41,394 nucleotides of DNA, taken from the IMG/VR virus record IMGVR_UViG_3300037054_000114, positions 1 through 41,394 of that record; one strand, given 5' to 3'. Source of the stretch: a virus. Numbering within the stretch: position 1 is the first letter of the stretch; every line of letters starts with the position of its first letter. Below, piece after piece: positions 8,695 through 15,408 of the stretch. The notes beneath the pieces were generated by a model, which did no database searches, was not told the DNA's origin, and saw only the letters and a program-made list of their open reading frames with translations. A program made the position numbers and the translations under genes.

Positions 8695-9086
8695 AGCCCC
8701 GTGGGGTTAGGCACGGGCGGCACAGGACCCGGGGCCGCTGGTGCAGGTGTGGCTGGAGAAGGGCCAGTATTGAAAACATCGAACCTGACCGGCTGACCAG
8801 GCGGTGGCACAATCGCAGCCTCGGCCTTCTTCTCGGCCTTGAGTTCCGCCTCCAACTTGGTCGGCGCCACCACAGACCACGTTGCCGCCTTGAACGTAAT
8901 CGCCGGCACGCGGCTGGCGTGGCCCGAGGCCACATCAATCAGCAAATACTCGGCATCCAGCGGCTTATGCTCCACCCGGTAGCGTCGAGCCGGCTGGTCC
9001 TTCACAATGGCCGGGATCAAACTCCCAGCCGGAATAACCGAAAATTCAATCACATCGCCGTCGTCGGGAAGGGTCTGGTCGGGCAT
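8691..9086 (-). CDS. Hypothetical protein with a Pro-rich C-terminus (131 aa)
   Basis: ORF 8691..9104 starts at a TTG. The first ATG at 9086 is preceded by AAGGA. Confidence 0.6.
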   Translation of the reverse strand: MPDQTLPDDGDVIEFSVIPAGSLIPAIVKDQPARRYRVEHKPLDAEYLLIDVASGHASRVPAITFKAATWSVVAPTKLEAELKAEKKAEAAIVPPPGQPVRFDVFNTGPSPATPAPAAPGPVPPVPNPTGL

Positions 9087-9122
9087 GGGCGTCAATCCTT
9101 GCAAGGGTCCACTGTGGCAACA

Positions 9123-9662
9123 CTACGGCGACGGCAAAGGTTCCGCAACGGGTAATGTTGGGAAGTTCAGGCAAGCAAACTCGCCGTGGTATTTGCGAGC
9201 CGCGACATCATAGGCAACTGCCGCAGAAGCCTCATCCGGGTAGAACCCAAGGTAAATCTTCTTGCGGTCAACCGTTACTATAGCCCGCCACGGCCGGCCC
9301 TTAATCGGCTTCCCGTGTCTAGTTATGTGCCGGGAAACACCCTTAAACCGCGACGTTCCGCGGCCAGTTGGCTGCTGGTTCTTTGAATTTTGCCCCTGCG
9401 TGGCAAGCCGCAGATTGGTCGAGCGACGATTATCAAGAGTATCGCCGCTCTCGTGGTCAACCGTACACGGCGGTTCCTGCATAAGTAACCGAGCCAAGTA
9501 GATTTTTTTCTTCCACTTACGGCCGCCAATTTGCGCGTAAACACGAGGCTTTTTGGTTTTCCGGCCCTGCAAACAGACCATCCAAGTAAATTGGCCGACT
9601 ATTGCCAGGTCCTCGTCGTCAACCTGCACGTCATGTCCGGTTTTGGTGCGGAAAACAGCCAT
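9123..9662 (-). CDS. HNH (HNH_3-type) endonuclease fused to an AP2-type DNA-binding domain; homing-endonuclease-like
   Basis: VDHESGDTLDNRRSTNLRLATQGQN matches the HNH_3 signature. FKGVS...GRPWRAIV...KIYLGFYPDEASAAVAYDVAARKYHGEFACLNF matches AP2. An alternative start lies at 9692. Confidence 0.8.
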   Translation of the reverse strand: MAVFRTKTGHDVQVDDEDLAIVGQFTWMVCLQGRKTKKPRVYAQIGGRKWKKKIYLARLLMQEPPCTVDHESGDTLDNRRSTNLRLATQGQNSKNQQPTGRGTSRFKGVSRHITRHGKPIKGRPWRAIVTVDRKKIYLGFYPDEASAAVAYDVAARKYHGEFACLNFPTLPVAEPLPSP

Positions 9663-10007
9663 AACAAAACGTGTACTACATACATTTGGCAATGTCCACC
9701 CCTAGTCAAGCCATTGACCTAAAAATCTTTTTGGGGGGAACCGAGGATGGGGAGCACCGATTCCTAACTCAGGCCCCATCGCGCCCGCGCCAGCTCCAGC
9801 GCGCTGGGCCGGGGCGGTCACCAACCGGTCCGCAACCGGTTGGTCTGGGCACGTAACCCATTGGTATTGCTAGGGTCAGCTATAGACCACACTCGATTTG
9901 GCAGCACATTGGCAGCAATCAGCACGGTCCACAGCCACACCAGGCGCCAGAAATGCCCGTAGAATGGCCCTCAGTGGGGCTGTAGTGGCTCAGGGTGAGC
10001 GACGGTT

Positions 10008-10205
10008 CTAGTACGCCTTACATGTCCCACGTTGGATAGCAGCCACCACAGCCGACGCTACGGCCGCTGACACGGTTCCTGTATTGATTGCACGATACAG
10101 CGTCTTACGGGTTACCCCAGCAGCAGCAGCCACCCTATTGATGCTCGGCGGCCGGTCAAACCGTAGCTTGCGCAGCTCGGTTATTGCCTGTTGCTCGATT
10201 GTCAT
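10008..10205 (-). CDS. Small helix-turn-helix DNA-binding protein (65 aa)
   Basis: INRVAAAAGVTRKTLYRAINTG resembles a resolvase/Hin-type HTH. Confidence 0.6.
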   Translation of the reverse strand: MTIEQQAITELRKLRFDRPPSINRVAAAAGVTRKTLYRAINTGTVSAAVASAVVAAIQRGTCKAY

Positions 10206-10516
10206 GTCAGGGAAAACCTTACACGGCTCAAGGTCCTACTCCGCTCTCACTTCGTTTCACGATAGGCTCAGTGTCCCTAGCGGAATGAAGATAGAGCAAA
10301 GCGGCTTAGCATTGAAGGGGTCTTGATGCGAGATGGACTGCGGCTTGCCGGCCCCTTAACCTTGCCGGGCTGAACCATCGGTTTCTTTACCGATCCACTC
10401 CGCTCGCAATACAGACTGTGATTAAGACCGCGCGACTTAGACACATGCAAAATTGCCGTGTCAATGGGGTAGTTAAGCATTTGATATTGTTTATGCGGCA
10501 AGAACTGAATGTCAAT

Positions 10517-10795
10517 TCAAGGAATGAATCTCAGTTCACTCGCCGCATTGCGAATCTTGATATTCAACTCGCGTTGCCTGGCGAGTAGCTTTTTGAACCT
10601 GCCGAAGCTCATATCGCGTGGCTTGCGGGCAATGATGATTTCCCCGCGACGTGGTAGGCCTGCACGCTCGGCTATTCTCGACACGGCGCTTTCGGTTAAT
10701 CCAAATGCCGCGGCCGTGGACATCAGCTTAATGCCAGCCCGATATTCCTCAATAACGGCAAGCCTCTCATCTGGGGTCAGGTTTTTCCGTCTCAT
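10517..10795 (-). CDS. Helix-turn-helix protein (92 aa); regulator, or possibly a small-terminase-like DNA-recognition protein
   Basis: LTPDERLAVIEEYRAGIKLMSTAAAFGLTESAVSRIAERAG is an HTH segment. It is the first gene of the long minus-strand operon. The function is a guess. Confidence 0.6.
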   Translation of the reverse strand: MRRKNLTPDERLAVIEEYRAGIKLMSTAAAFGLTESAVSRIAERAGLPRRGEIIIARKPRDMSFGRFKKLLARQRELNIKIRNAASELRFIP

Positions 10796-10804
10796 GGCAC
10801 AGCC

Positions 10805-10816
10805 TTGTCAATTGAC
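10805..10816. promoter_or_regulatory. Perfect 12-bp palindrome TGTCAATTGACA in a divergent control region
   Basis: Read directly. It contains TTGACA on both strands and lies 10 nt upstream of the ATG at 10795. Further promoter-like elements: TTGACT-17-AATAGT on the minus strand, and TTGACA (10881..10886)-16-TAGGTT on the plus strand. Confidence 0.35.
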
Positions 10817-10959
10817 ATTGCTATACTATTGGCTTTGTTCCCGGTTTAGTCAACTATTATCCACATCCTCTCAACTAGCACTTGACACCATATGGGACTG
10901 TGATAGGTTGTGAATGCAAGCCGGGTTGGCGCTCGGCTCTAACAGCGAAGGAACATCAG

Positions 10960-11355
10960 ATGACCATTACCGAATTTGTCACGTCGCTCGGTGCCACGAT
11001 GACCGTGAAGCCGATCGACAGTAATCCGAACATGCCCGATGCCGACGTGGCGATGTCGCATTACGCTTGCCTGATCCGGGTCGGCAAATCCCGGCTTACC
11101 GTGCCGTTCTCAATGGGCTCGGGTCTGTCCGGTGAGCCGCAGATCGGCGACGTGCTCGATTGCATGGCCTCAGACGCCAGCACGATTGAGAACGCGCGTT
11201 CGTTTGAAGCGTGGTGCGCCGAGCTCGGCTATGACGAAGATAGCCGCAAGGCCGAGCGCACATTCAAGATTTGCCAGCGTCAGGCCGTGAAGCTCAAGCG
11301 CCTATTGAGCCAATCGGCTTACGACACGCTGCTCTGGAACACGGAGCGCGCGTGA
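10960..11355 (+). CDS. Hypothetical phage protein (131 aa)
   Basis: ORF 10882..11355. The ATG at 10960 is preceded by GAAGGA. The sequence looks like a real protein (…FEAWCAELGYDEDSRKAERTFKIC…). Confidence 0.7.
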   Translation: MTITEFVTSLGATMTVKPIDSNPNMPDADVAMSHYACLIRVGKSRLTVPFSMGSGLSGEPQIGDVLDCMASDASTIENARSFEAWCAELGYDEDSRKAERTFKICQRQAVKLKRLLSQSAYDTLLWNTERA

Positions 11356-11356
11356 C

Positions 11357-11596
11357 ATGCCCACACACTCAATCGACTATCTCAACGCCAGGCGAGCACG
11401 GTTAGCCGCGTCTGGCGGCACAAACTACGCTCGCACGGTCAATCCGGTTGATATCCGCGCACGCGATGCCGAAATGGATGCCGGCGAGTTGCTGCACGAA
11501 CAAGTGCGGCTGGTGTTCGCCGATTTCCGGGCATGGTTTGCCGAAAGCACCAATGCACTGCGCCAGGGCAATATCGCCGATGGACTGCCCAAATGA
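11357..11596 (+). CDS. Hypothetical protein (79 aa)
   Basis: Starts 1 nt after the upstream stop. Confidence 0.6.
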   Translation: MPTHSIDYLNARRARLAASGGTNYARTVNPVDIRARDAEMDAGELLHEQVRLVFADFRAWFAESTNALRQGNIADGLPK

Positions 11597-11807
11597 TGCC
11601 ACACGGTGTCAGTTCACGGACAGGGGCGATTGTGCGGCTAAAGCTGATAATGCCTGCGTATGTGGAAAGCCGCAGCCTTACTCACGGGGATGTGAGGCAC
11701 GCTACATTCCGGGCGCAACATGTCAAAGGCCAAACTGCGGTTGCGATTGAATCCGCCGTGATGTGGCCGGCCCAGCCCCTTCGCGGGCATGGCCTGCACA
11801 GCGGTAG

Positions 11808-11837
11808 ACCCGGGGCGGGCGCCAGACTGCCCCGGGT
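11808..11837. terminator. 9-bp GC-rich hairpin between convergent genes (weak terminator candidate)
   Basis: acccggggc / gccccgggt with a 12-nt loop. There is no clear U-tract on either strand. Confidence 0.2.
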
Positions 11838-11841
11838 CGCA

Positions 11842-12051
11842 CTACTGCACCGTCACAGCCGCGTCCGGCACAACCCCATGCTCAATCGCATCATCCACCA
11901 GCAAATCCACCACCATCGACCGGCATATCGCATCGCAGCTCGGCTCACTACCCGGATCGCCGCTGGCGTGCTTCGCGTGTGTCCGTATATGCGCGGCCAG
12001 GCGCAGCAGCAGACTGGCCGCGGGGTCGGGGAGGTCGAAGGTTATGCGCAT
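11842..12051 (-). CDS. Small protein with a ribbon-helix-helix/antitoxin-like N-terminus (69 aa)
   Basis: The N-terminus MRITFDLPDPAASLLLRLAAHIR resembles RHH/VapB-type openings. The ATG abuts the palindrome GGGATT-A-AATCCC (12052..12064). Confidence 0.5.
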   Translation of the reverse strand: MRITFDLPDPAASLLLRLAAHIRTHAKHASGDPGSEPSCDAICRSMVVDLLVDDAIEHGVVPDAAVTVQ

Positions 12052-12180
12052 GGGATTAAATCCCTATTCCGAATCGGATGTGTACAAAACTAGGCTGTCG
12101 TTGACAATGTTCAATTAGCAATTTAGGGATTTGCACACCTACCGCGCGCCTCGGTGGCATTCAGGGGCAGGAGAAGGCAA

Positions 12181-12489
12181 GTGATAAACCATCCCAACCG
12201 CAGCAAGAAAAATGTCGAACGGGCCGTGCTGGTGACAACCTCTCACCGCGGCGTGTTTTTCGGCTATGCAACTGAGACTGACGGCGCGACAATCAAGCTC
12301 CGCGCTGCACGAAACTGCATCTATTGGTCGGCCGACGTTAAGGGCTTCCTCGGTCTTGCATCAACTGGCCCAACTAAAACCTGCAAGATCGGACCAGCCG
12401 CCAACATCGACGTTCGCGATATTACTTGCGTTGCGGAATGTCTGCCGCAGGCCGTCGCAGCGTGGGAGGCAGCGCCGTGGACGCGATAA
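12181..12489 (+). CDS. Conserved-looking hypothetical phage protein (102 aa)
   Basis: GTG at 12181 is preceded by AGGAGAAGG (VINHPNRSKKNVERAVLVTTSHRGVFFGY...). Confidence 0.7.
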   Translation: MINHPNRSKKNVERAVLVTTSHRGVFFGYATETDGATIKLRAARNCIYWSADVKGFLGLASTGPTKTCKIGPAANIDVRDITCVAECLPQAVAAWEAAPWTR

Positions 12490-13079
12490 TTCTTAGAGGC
12501 AACGCACCTTACGGCTACGGCTCCGGCTACGGCTCCGACTACGGCTACGGCTACGGCTCCGGCTACGGCGACGGCTACGGCTCCGGCGACGGCTACGGCT
12601 CCGGCGACGGCTACGGCGACGGCTCCGGCTACGGCTCCGGCTCCGGCTCCGGCTACGGCTCCGGCTCCGGCTACGGCGACGGCTACGGCTCCGACTACGG
12701 CTCCGGCTACGGCTCCGACTACGGCTCCGGAGAGTATTGGCTGTCCGCCGTCGACTATCTCGTGGTGAAGTGGCCCGAGAGTATCCAAAAGAGATTTGCC
12801 GAGATTCTCGCGCTTGGGGTAACCATCGCGTTCTGGCGATCAGACAAGAATGCTCTACCGGCAAATGGTGGCAAGAAGATCGAACCCGCAGCGCCGGGCG
12901 TTATTCACACCGCGCCCGGCCCGCTCAATCTCTGCCATGCCGGCACATTGCACGCCACGCTATTACCGCCGAAATGGAAAGGCGAGCGATGGTGGGTTGT
13001 GGCCTTGCACGGCGAGGTTATTGGCGACGAGGAAAAATATGGCTGCCTCAAACGCGAAATCATTGCCGAGGCTTTATGA
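12477..13079 (+). CDS. Gly/Tyr/Ser/Asp repeat protein with a globular C-terminal domain
   Basis: GTG at 12477 overlaps the upstream stop; an alternative ATG lies at 12438. About 72 aa of GYGSGYGDG-type repeats are followed by ...LCHAGTLHATLLPPKWKGERWWVVALHGEVIGDEEKYGCLKREII. Confidence 0.75.
   Translation: MDAIILRGNAPYGYGSGYGSDYGYGYGSGYGDGYGSGDGYGSGDGYGDGSGYGSGSGSGYGSGSGYGDGYGSDYGSGYGSDYGSGEYWLSAVDYLVVKWPESIQKRFAEILALGVTIAFWRSDKNALPANGGKKIEPAAPGVIHTAPGPLNLCHAGTLHATLLPPKWKGERWWVVALHGEVIGDEEKYGCLKREIIAEAL
12510..12730. repeat. Hexanucleotide-based tandem repeat (GGC followed by TAC, TCC or GAC)
   Basis: Read directly. It encodes the GY/GS/GD repeat and generates long spurious ORFs on the opposite strand (RSRSRS and AGAVAG frames). 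Confidence 0.9.
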
Positions 13080-13294
13080 ACAGCTGCCCTACATGCGGCC
13101 GGGAATACCCGCCCAAGATCGTTGTGCGCGGCATTATCCGGCAACGGATCGTGAATGCTTTGGCCGCGGCACCGGATGGCCTGAGCCATGCACGCATACG
13201 GACCCATAGGCGACATGCCCAAACATCACGACTACCTGTTCCTAGCCGAGATAGGCCGGCGCCTGACCGCCAAACGGCAGGATATGGGGTTTAG
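13076..13294 (+). CDS. Small protein with an N-terminal CxxC segment (MNSCPTCGREYPPK...); the 3' end is uncertain
   Basis: ATGA overlap with the upstream stop. Third-position GC is high for about the first 35 codons and then collapses, while the +1 frame (the XRE gene) carries the coding signal. Confidence 0.4.
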   Translation: MNSCPTCGREYPPKIVVRGIIRQRIVNALAAAPDGLSHARIRTHRRHAQTSRLPVPSRDRPAPDRQTAGYGV

Positions 13295-13463
13295 CCAACA
13301 GGCGGTCGCGGACGCGTCCGGGCTTACGCCCCAGATGCTGTCGCGGTATGAAATGGGCTTGGCAGACCCGCCGCTGTCCACGCTGATCCGCATTACCGCC
13401 GCGTTGCAAATGTCGCCTATGGCGTTGCTGATGCAGGCGGCAGTACTTTCGGAGCAGGACTAA
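13215..13463 (+). CDS. XRE/Cro-CI-type helix-turn-helix regulator
   Basis: LAEIGRRLTAKRQDMGFSQQAVADASGLTPQMLSRYEMG is a classic HTH_3 pattern. An alternative start lies at 13188. Confidence 0.8.
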   Translation: MPKHHDYLFLAEIGRRLTAKRQDMGFSQQAVADASGLTPQMLSRYEMGLADPPLSTLIRITAALQMSPMALLMQAAVLSEQD

Positions 13464-13576
13464 TGGACCCCCGGCACCCGCTCTACGACCCCAAATGCCG
13501 GCACCTGTCCAACTGGGCAACGCTGGTTGAGTTCGTGCGGTGGTATTTGCCGCGGCTGCGAGGTCGGCTGCGATGA
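13463..13576 (+). CDS. Candidate small protein (37 aa)
   Basis: TAATG overlap upstream and ATGA overlap downstream. High third-position GC. Confidence 0.4.
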   Translation: MDPRHPLYDPKCRHLSNWATLVEFVRWYLPRLRGRLR

Positions 13577-13788
13577 AAACCTGCATCACATGCAGCCACT
13601 ACCTGCACAGCCTGACCAAAGCTGGCGACATCAACATTATTGAACATCGTTGCGCTGTCAAACAGTTAGACCCGGTTACTGGCACCGAGGGTGAGCCGGA
13701 ATGCCTATGGGCGCGCACCTGGCCGCACCATTGCGGCTGGGAAGGCAGATACTGGAAAGTTAAAACATTACCTGGCTTGGGAGGTTAG
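13573..13788 (+). CDS. Small Cys-rich protein (71 aa, MKTCITCSHY...)
   Basis: ORF 13540..13788. The ATG at 13573 overlaps the upstream stop. Confidence 0.6.
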   Translation: MKTCITCSHYLHSLTKAGDINIIEHRCAVKQLDPVTGTEGEPECLWARTWPHHCGWEGRYWKVKTLPGLGG

Positions 13789-13790
13789 AT

Positions 13791-14003
13791 ATGAGCGATA
13801 CCCCGTTGAACGCACAGCAGATTCAGCAAATACAAAACGCAGCCGAGCGTCGGATTGCGGAATACATACGCGACACTCAACTGCGAAAATGGGCGATAGA
13901 ACAGGCAATTACACGGTTTCCCGGTCAAGATGATTTAATAACCCGCGCCAGCCAGATATTCGATTTTGTCGCGCAACCGTTTAACTTGGACATCAAGCCA
14001 TGA
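13791..14003 (+). CDS. Hypothetical protein (70 aa)
   Basis: Starts 2 nt after the upstream stop. Confidence 0.65.
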   Translation: MSDTPLNAQQIQQIQNAAERRIAEYIRDTQLRKWAIEQAITRFPGQDDLITRASQIFDFVAQPFNLDIKP

Positions 14004-14161
14004 TTACCGTCATCGCCTGCACCATCGGTGCAATAGCCCTGTGCTGCCTTGGCGTGGTCTGCTGGTGCGGTTGGCGTGGGGCAGACGATGATATGGCCGC
14101 CGACCGGGCCGGATCATGGATGGTCAATTATGACCCGCGGGGACGTAAGCGGCGGCGTTAG
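14000..14161 (+). CDS. Candidate 53-aa membrane protein with a Cys-rich TM segment and a basic tail
   Basis: ATGA overlap with the upstream stop (MITVIACTIGAIALCCLGVVCWCGW...RGRKRRR). Its stop overlaps the stop of the convergent gene. Confidence 0.45.
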   Translation: MITVIACTIGAIALCCLGVVCWCGWRGADDDMAADRAGSWMVNYDPRGRKRRR

Positions 14162-14757
14162 CGCAGTTGCTGCCACGAATCCTTGTCGGCTGCCGGCAGA
14201 TTGTCCCATGCCTCGTCCCCGACTGCGGCGCGCAACTCGTCTACGCTCGGTGGCTTCCAAGCGTTGCGTCGCTCGGCGCCCAGCCCCCATCCACCTTGCC
14301 CGTCGCCGTACTTGGCTTTGAGTTCGTCGTAGGTTAGGCGCCGAGTGGCGTCATGAGCGGCGTTGGTCTCGCGCTCCCGCAGCTGGGCTGCAACTCTCCC
14401 CTCACGCTCGACGGCCCGCGCCAACGGCTCGGTCTTGCGCTCGCACCACGCCACGAGGTCCGCAACGGTCGGGAGAAACTTGCAATCCCGCGTGATGCCG
14501 TTGACACGATCCGCACACGCGGTAGCCGTCTGCCGCGGATAGCTCACCACCACCGCCGCCAGAGCGCCCAGATAGCCCTTGCCGGCGTCGCGGCCGCCGT
14601 TCGGGTAGGCATCAACGATCCGCACCGCGGCTTCAATGCCTTCCGGCATCGTCATGTGGTCGCTGAGAGCTCGCTGTAAGCTCGAACTCTCGCGCGTGTT
14701 CGGCCATTCGGCGCCCGAGGTCGCCAAGGCTTTCCCCTGGCCGTCGATCAAATTCAT
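14158..14757 (-). CDS. Hypothetical protein (199 aa), possibly the C-terminal part of a replication-associated protein
   Basis: The ATG at 14757 is preceded by GGAGG. Third-position GC is clearly higher in this frame than in the overlapping tail of the upstream ORF. Confidence 0.65.
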   Translation of the reverse strand: MNLIDGQGKALATSGAEWPNTRESSSLQRALSDHMTMPEGIEAAVRIVDAYPNGGRDAGKGYLGALAAVVVSYPRQTATACADRVNGITRDCKFLPTVADLVAWCERKTEPLARAVEREGRVAAQLRERETNAAHDATRRLTYDELKAKYGDGQGGWGLGAERRNAWKPPSVDELRAAVGDEAWDNLPAADKDSWQQLR

Positions 14758-15319
14758 TGCCGCCTCCATTTTTTTGCTTTCCTGTTAATAACTGCCGCAC
14801 GCGATTACGCCACGTCGCCGACCAGTTGAGTTTGCAGCCGCGCTGACCCGGAACGGCAATCCAGTAGTCCACAAACTCAACCCAATGCTGGGTTGCCGCG
14901 TGACCGTCAAAGCCGGCGGCTAACGCAAACTCGAATGCTTCCGCAGGCATTGTCGCGCCCGGCTCCATCCGCGTGCCCTTCCGCAGAGAGGCTTGCTCCC
15001 TCTTAACCTTCCTTACTTCCGTAGAAGGGCTTTCCAAAACAGAAGAAAGGGAGGGAGTAAGACTACAGTGATTTTTAGAGTCGGCCGATTCGTCGGCAGA
15101 CGAAAATTGCTCACCGGACATCGTTTGCTTTCCGGTTTTACGTTGTAAACGCTTGGCTTTTTGGTATTTCAGATCACGATCGCGTCGTGTGTCTGCCGAT
15201 TCGTCGGCAGATATCTGCCGACTCTGAGCGACGGACACTAGCGCCCCCGAAACACGGCCAACGAGTTCCGGGGCGGTGCCCGCCCGGATCAAATCGGCAA
15301 TTAAACTATCGTCGGTCAT
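14633..15319 (-). CDS. Hypothetical protein (228 aa ORF); candidate replication-initiation-type protein containing iteron-like palindromes
   Basis: Follows the VRR-NUC gene in the Cro-like operon. The last 45 or so codons overlap the next gene and look non-coding. The replication role is inferred only from position and the internal DNA repeats. Confidence 0.55.
   Translation of the reverse strand: MTDDSLIADLIRAGTAPELVGRVSGALVSVAQSRQISADESADTRRDRDLKYQKAKRLQRKTGKQTMSGEQFSSADESADSKNHCSLTPSLSSVLESPSTEVRKVKREQASLRKGTRMEPGATMPAEAFEFALAAGFDGHAATQHWVEFVDYWIAVPGQRGCKLNWSATWRNRVRQLLTGKQKNGGGNEFDRRPGESLGDLGRRMAEHAREFELTASSQRPHDDAGRH
15081..15222. repeat. Iteron-like repeats: the 17-mer GCCGATTCGTCGGCAGA twice, plus a third half-site
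   Basis: Copies at 15084..15100 and 15195..15211. Copy B is a perfect 8-4-8 hairpin palindrome (TCTGCCGA TTCG TCGGCAGA, 15192..15211). A further TCTGCCGA lies at 15214..15221. Confidence 0.4.
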
Positions 15320-15408
15320 GCCCTGTCACGGGGGCTAGAGGAAAGGGGGCCGGTAAGCCCTGTGACGAAGGCAATGGTAGCGAGCCACTGTCCCGGCTGG
15401 TTTGCAGA

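Noticed and set aside
9975-10020. GGGGCTGTAGTGGCTCAGGGTGAGCG, which resembles the 5' acceptor/D-arm of a tRNA (a possible tRNA gene or attP core)
   Set aside because: I could not fold an anticodon arm or T-arm. The spacing between the acceptor and D-stem is wrong. No integrase is present to support an attP reading.
10277-10501. 74-aa minus-strand ORF between the two HTH genes
   Set aside because: It starts at TTG, has no RBS, has intermediate third-position GC (about 54% in my count) and an unconvincing sequence. The 310-bp interval is more likely regulatory.
11448-11750. Cys-rich frame (…CQFTDRGDCAAKADNACVCGKPQPYSRGCEARYIPGATCQRPNCGCD) in the apparently non-coding gap 11597..11841
   Set aside because: There is no ATG, GTG or TTG start after the end of the 79-aa gene, and the upstream half overlaps that gene out of frame. 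The alternative 186-aa ORF from 11533 is Arg-rich and antisense to the RHH-like gene. I left the gap unannotated.
12321-12864. Two long minus-strand ORFs (155 aa AGAVAG-rich and 123 aa RSRSRS-rich)
   Set aside because: They are reverse-frame artefacts of the hexanucleotide tandem array. The plus-strand GY-repeat frame is coupled to its neighbours and continues into a globular domain.
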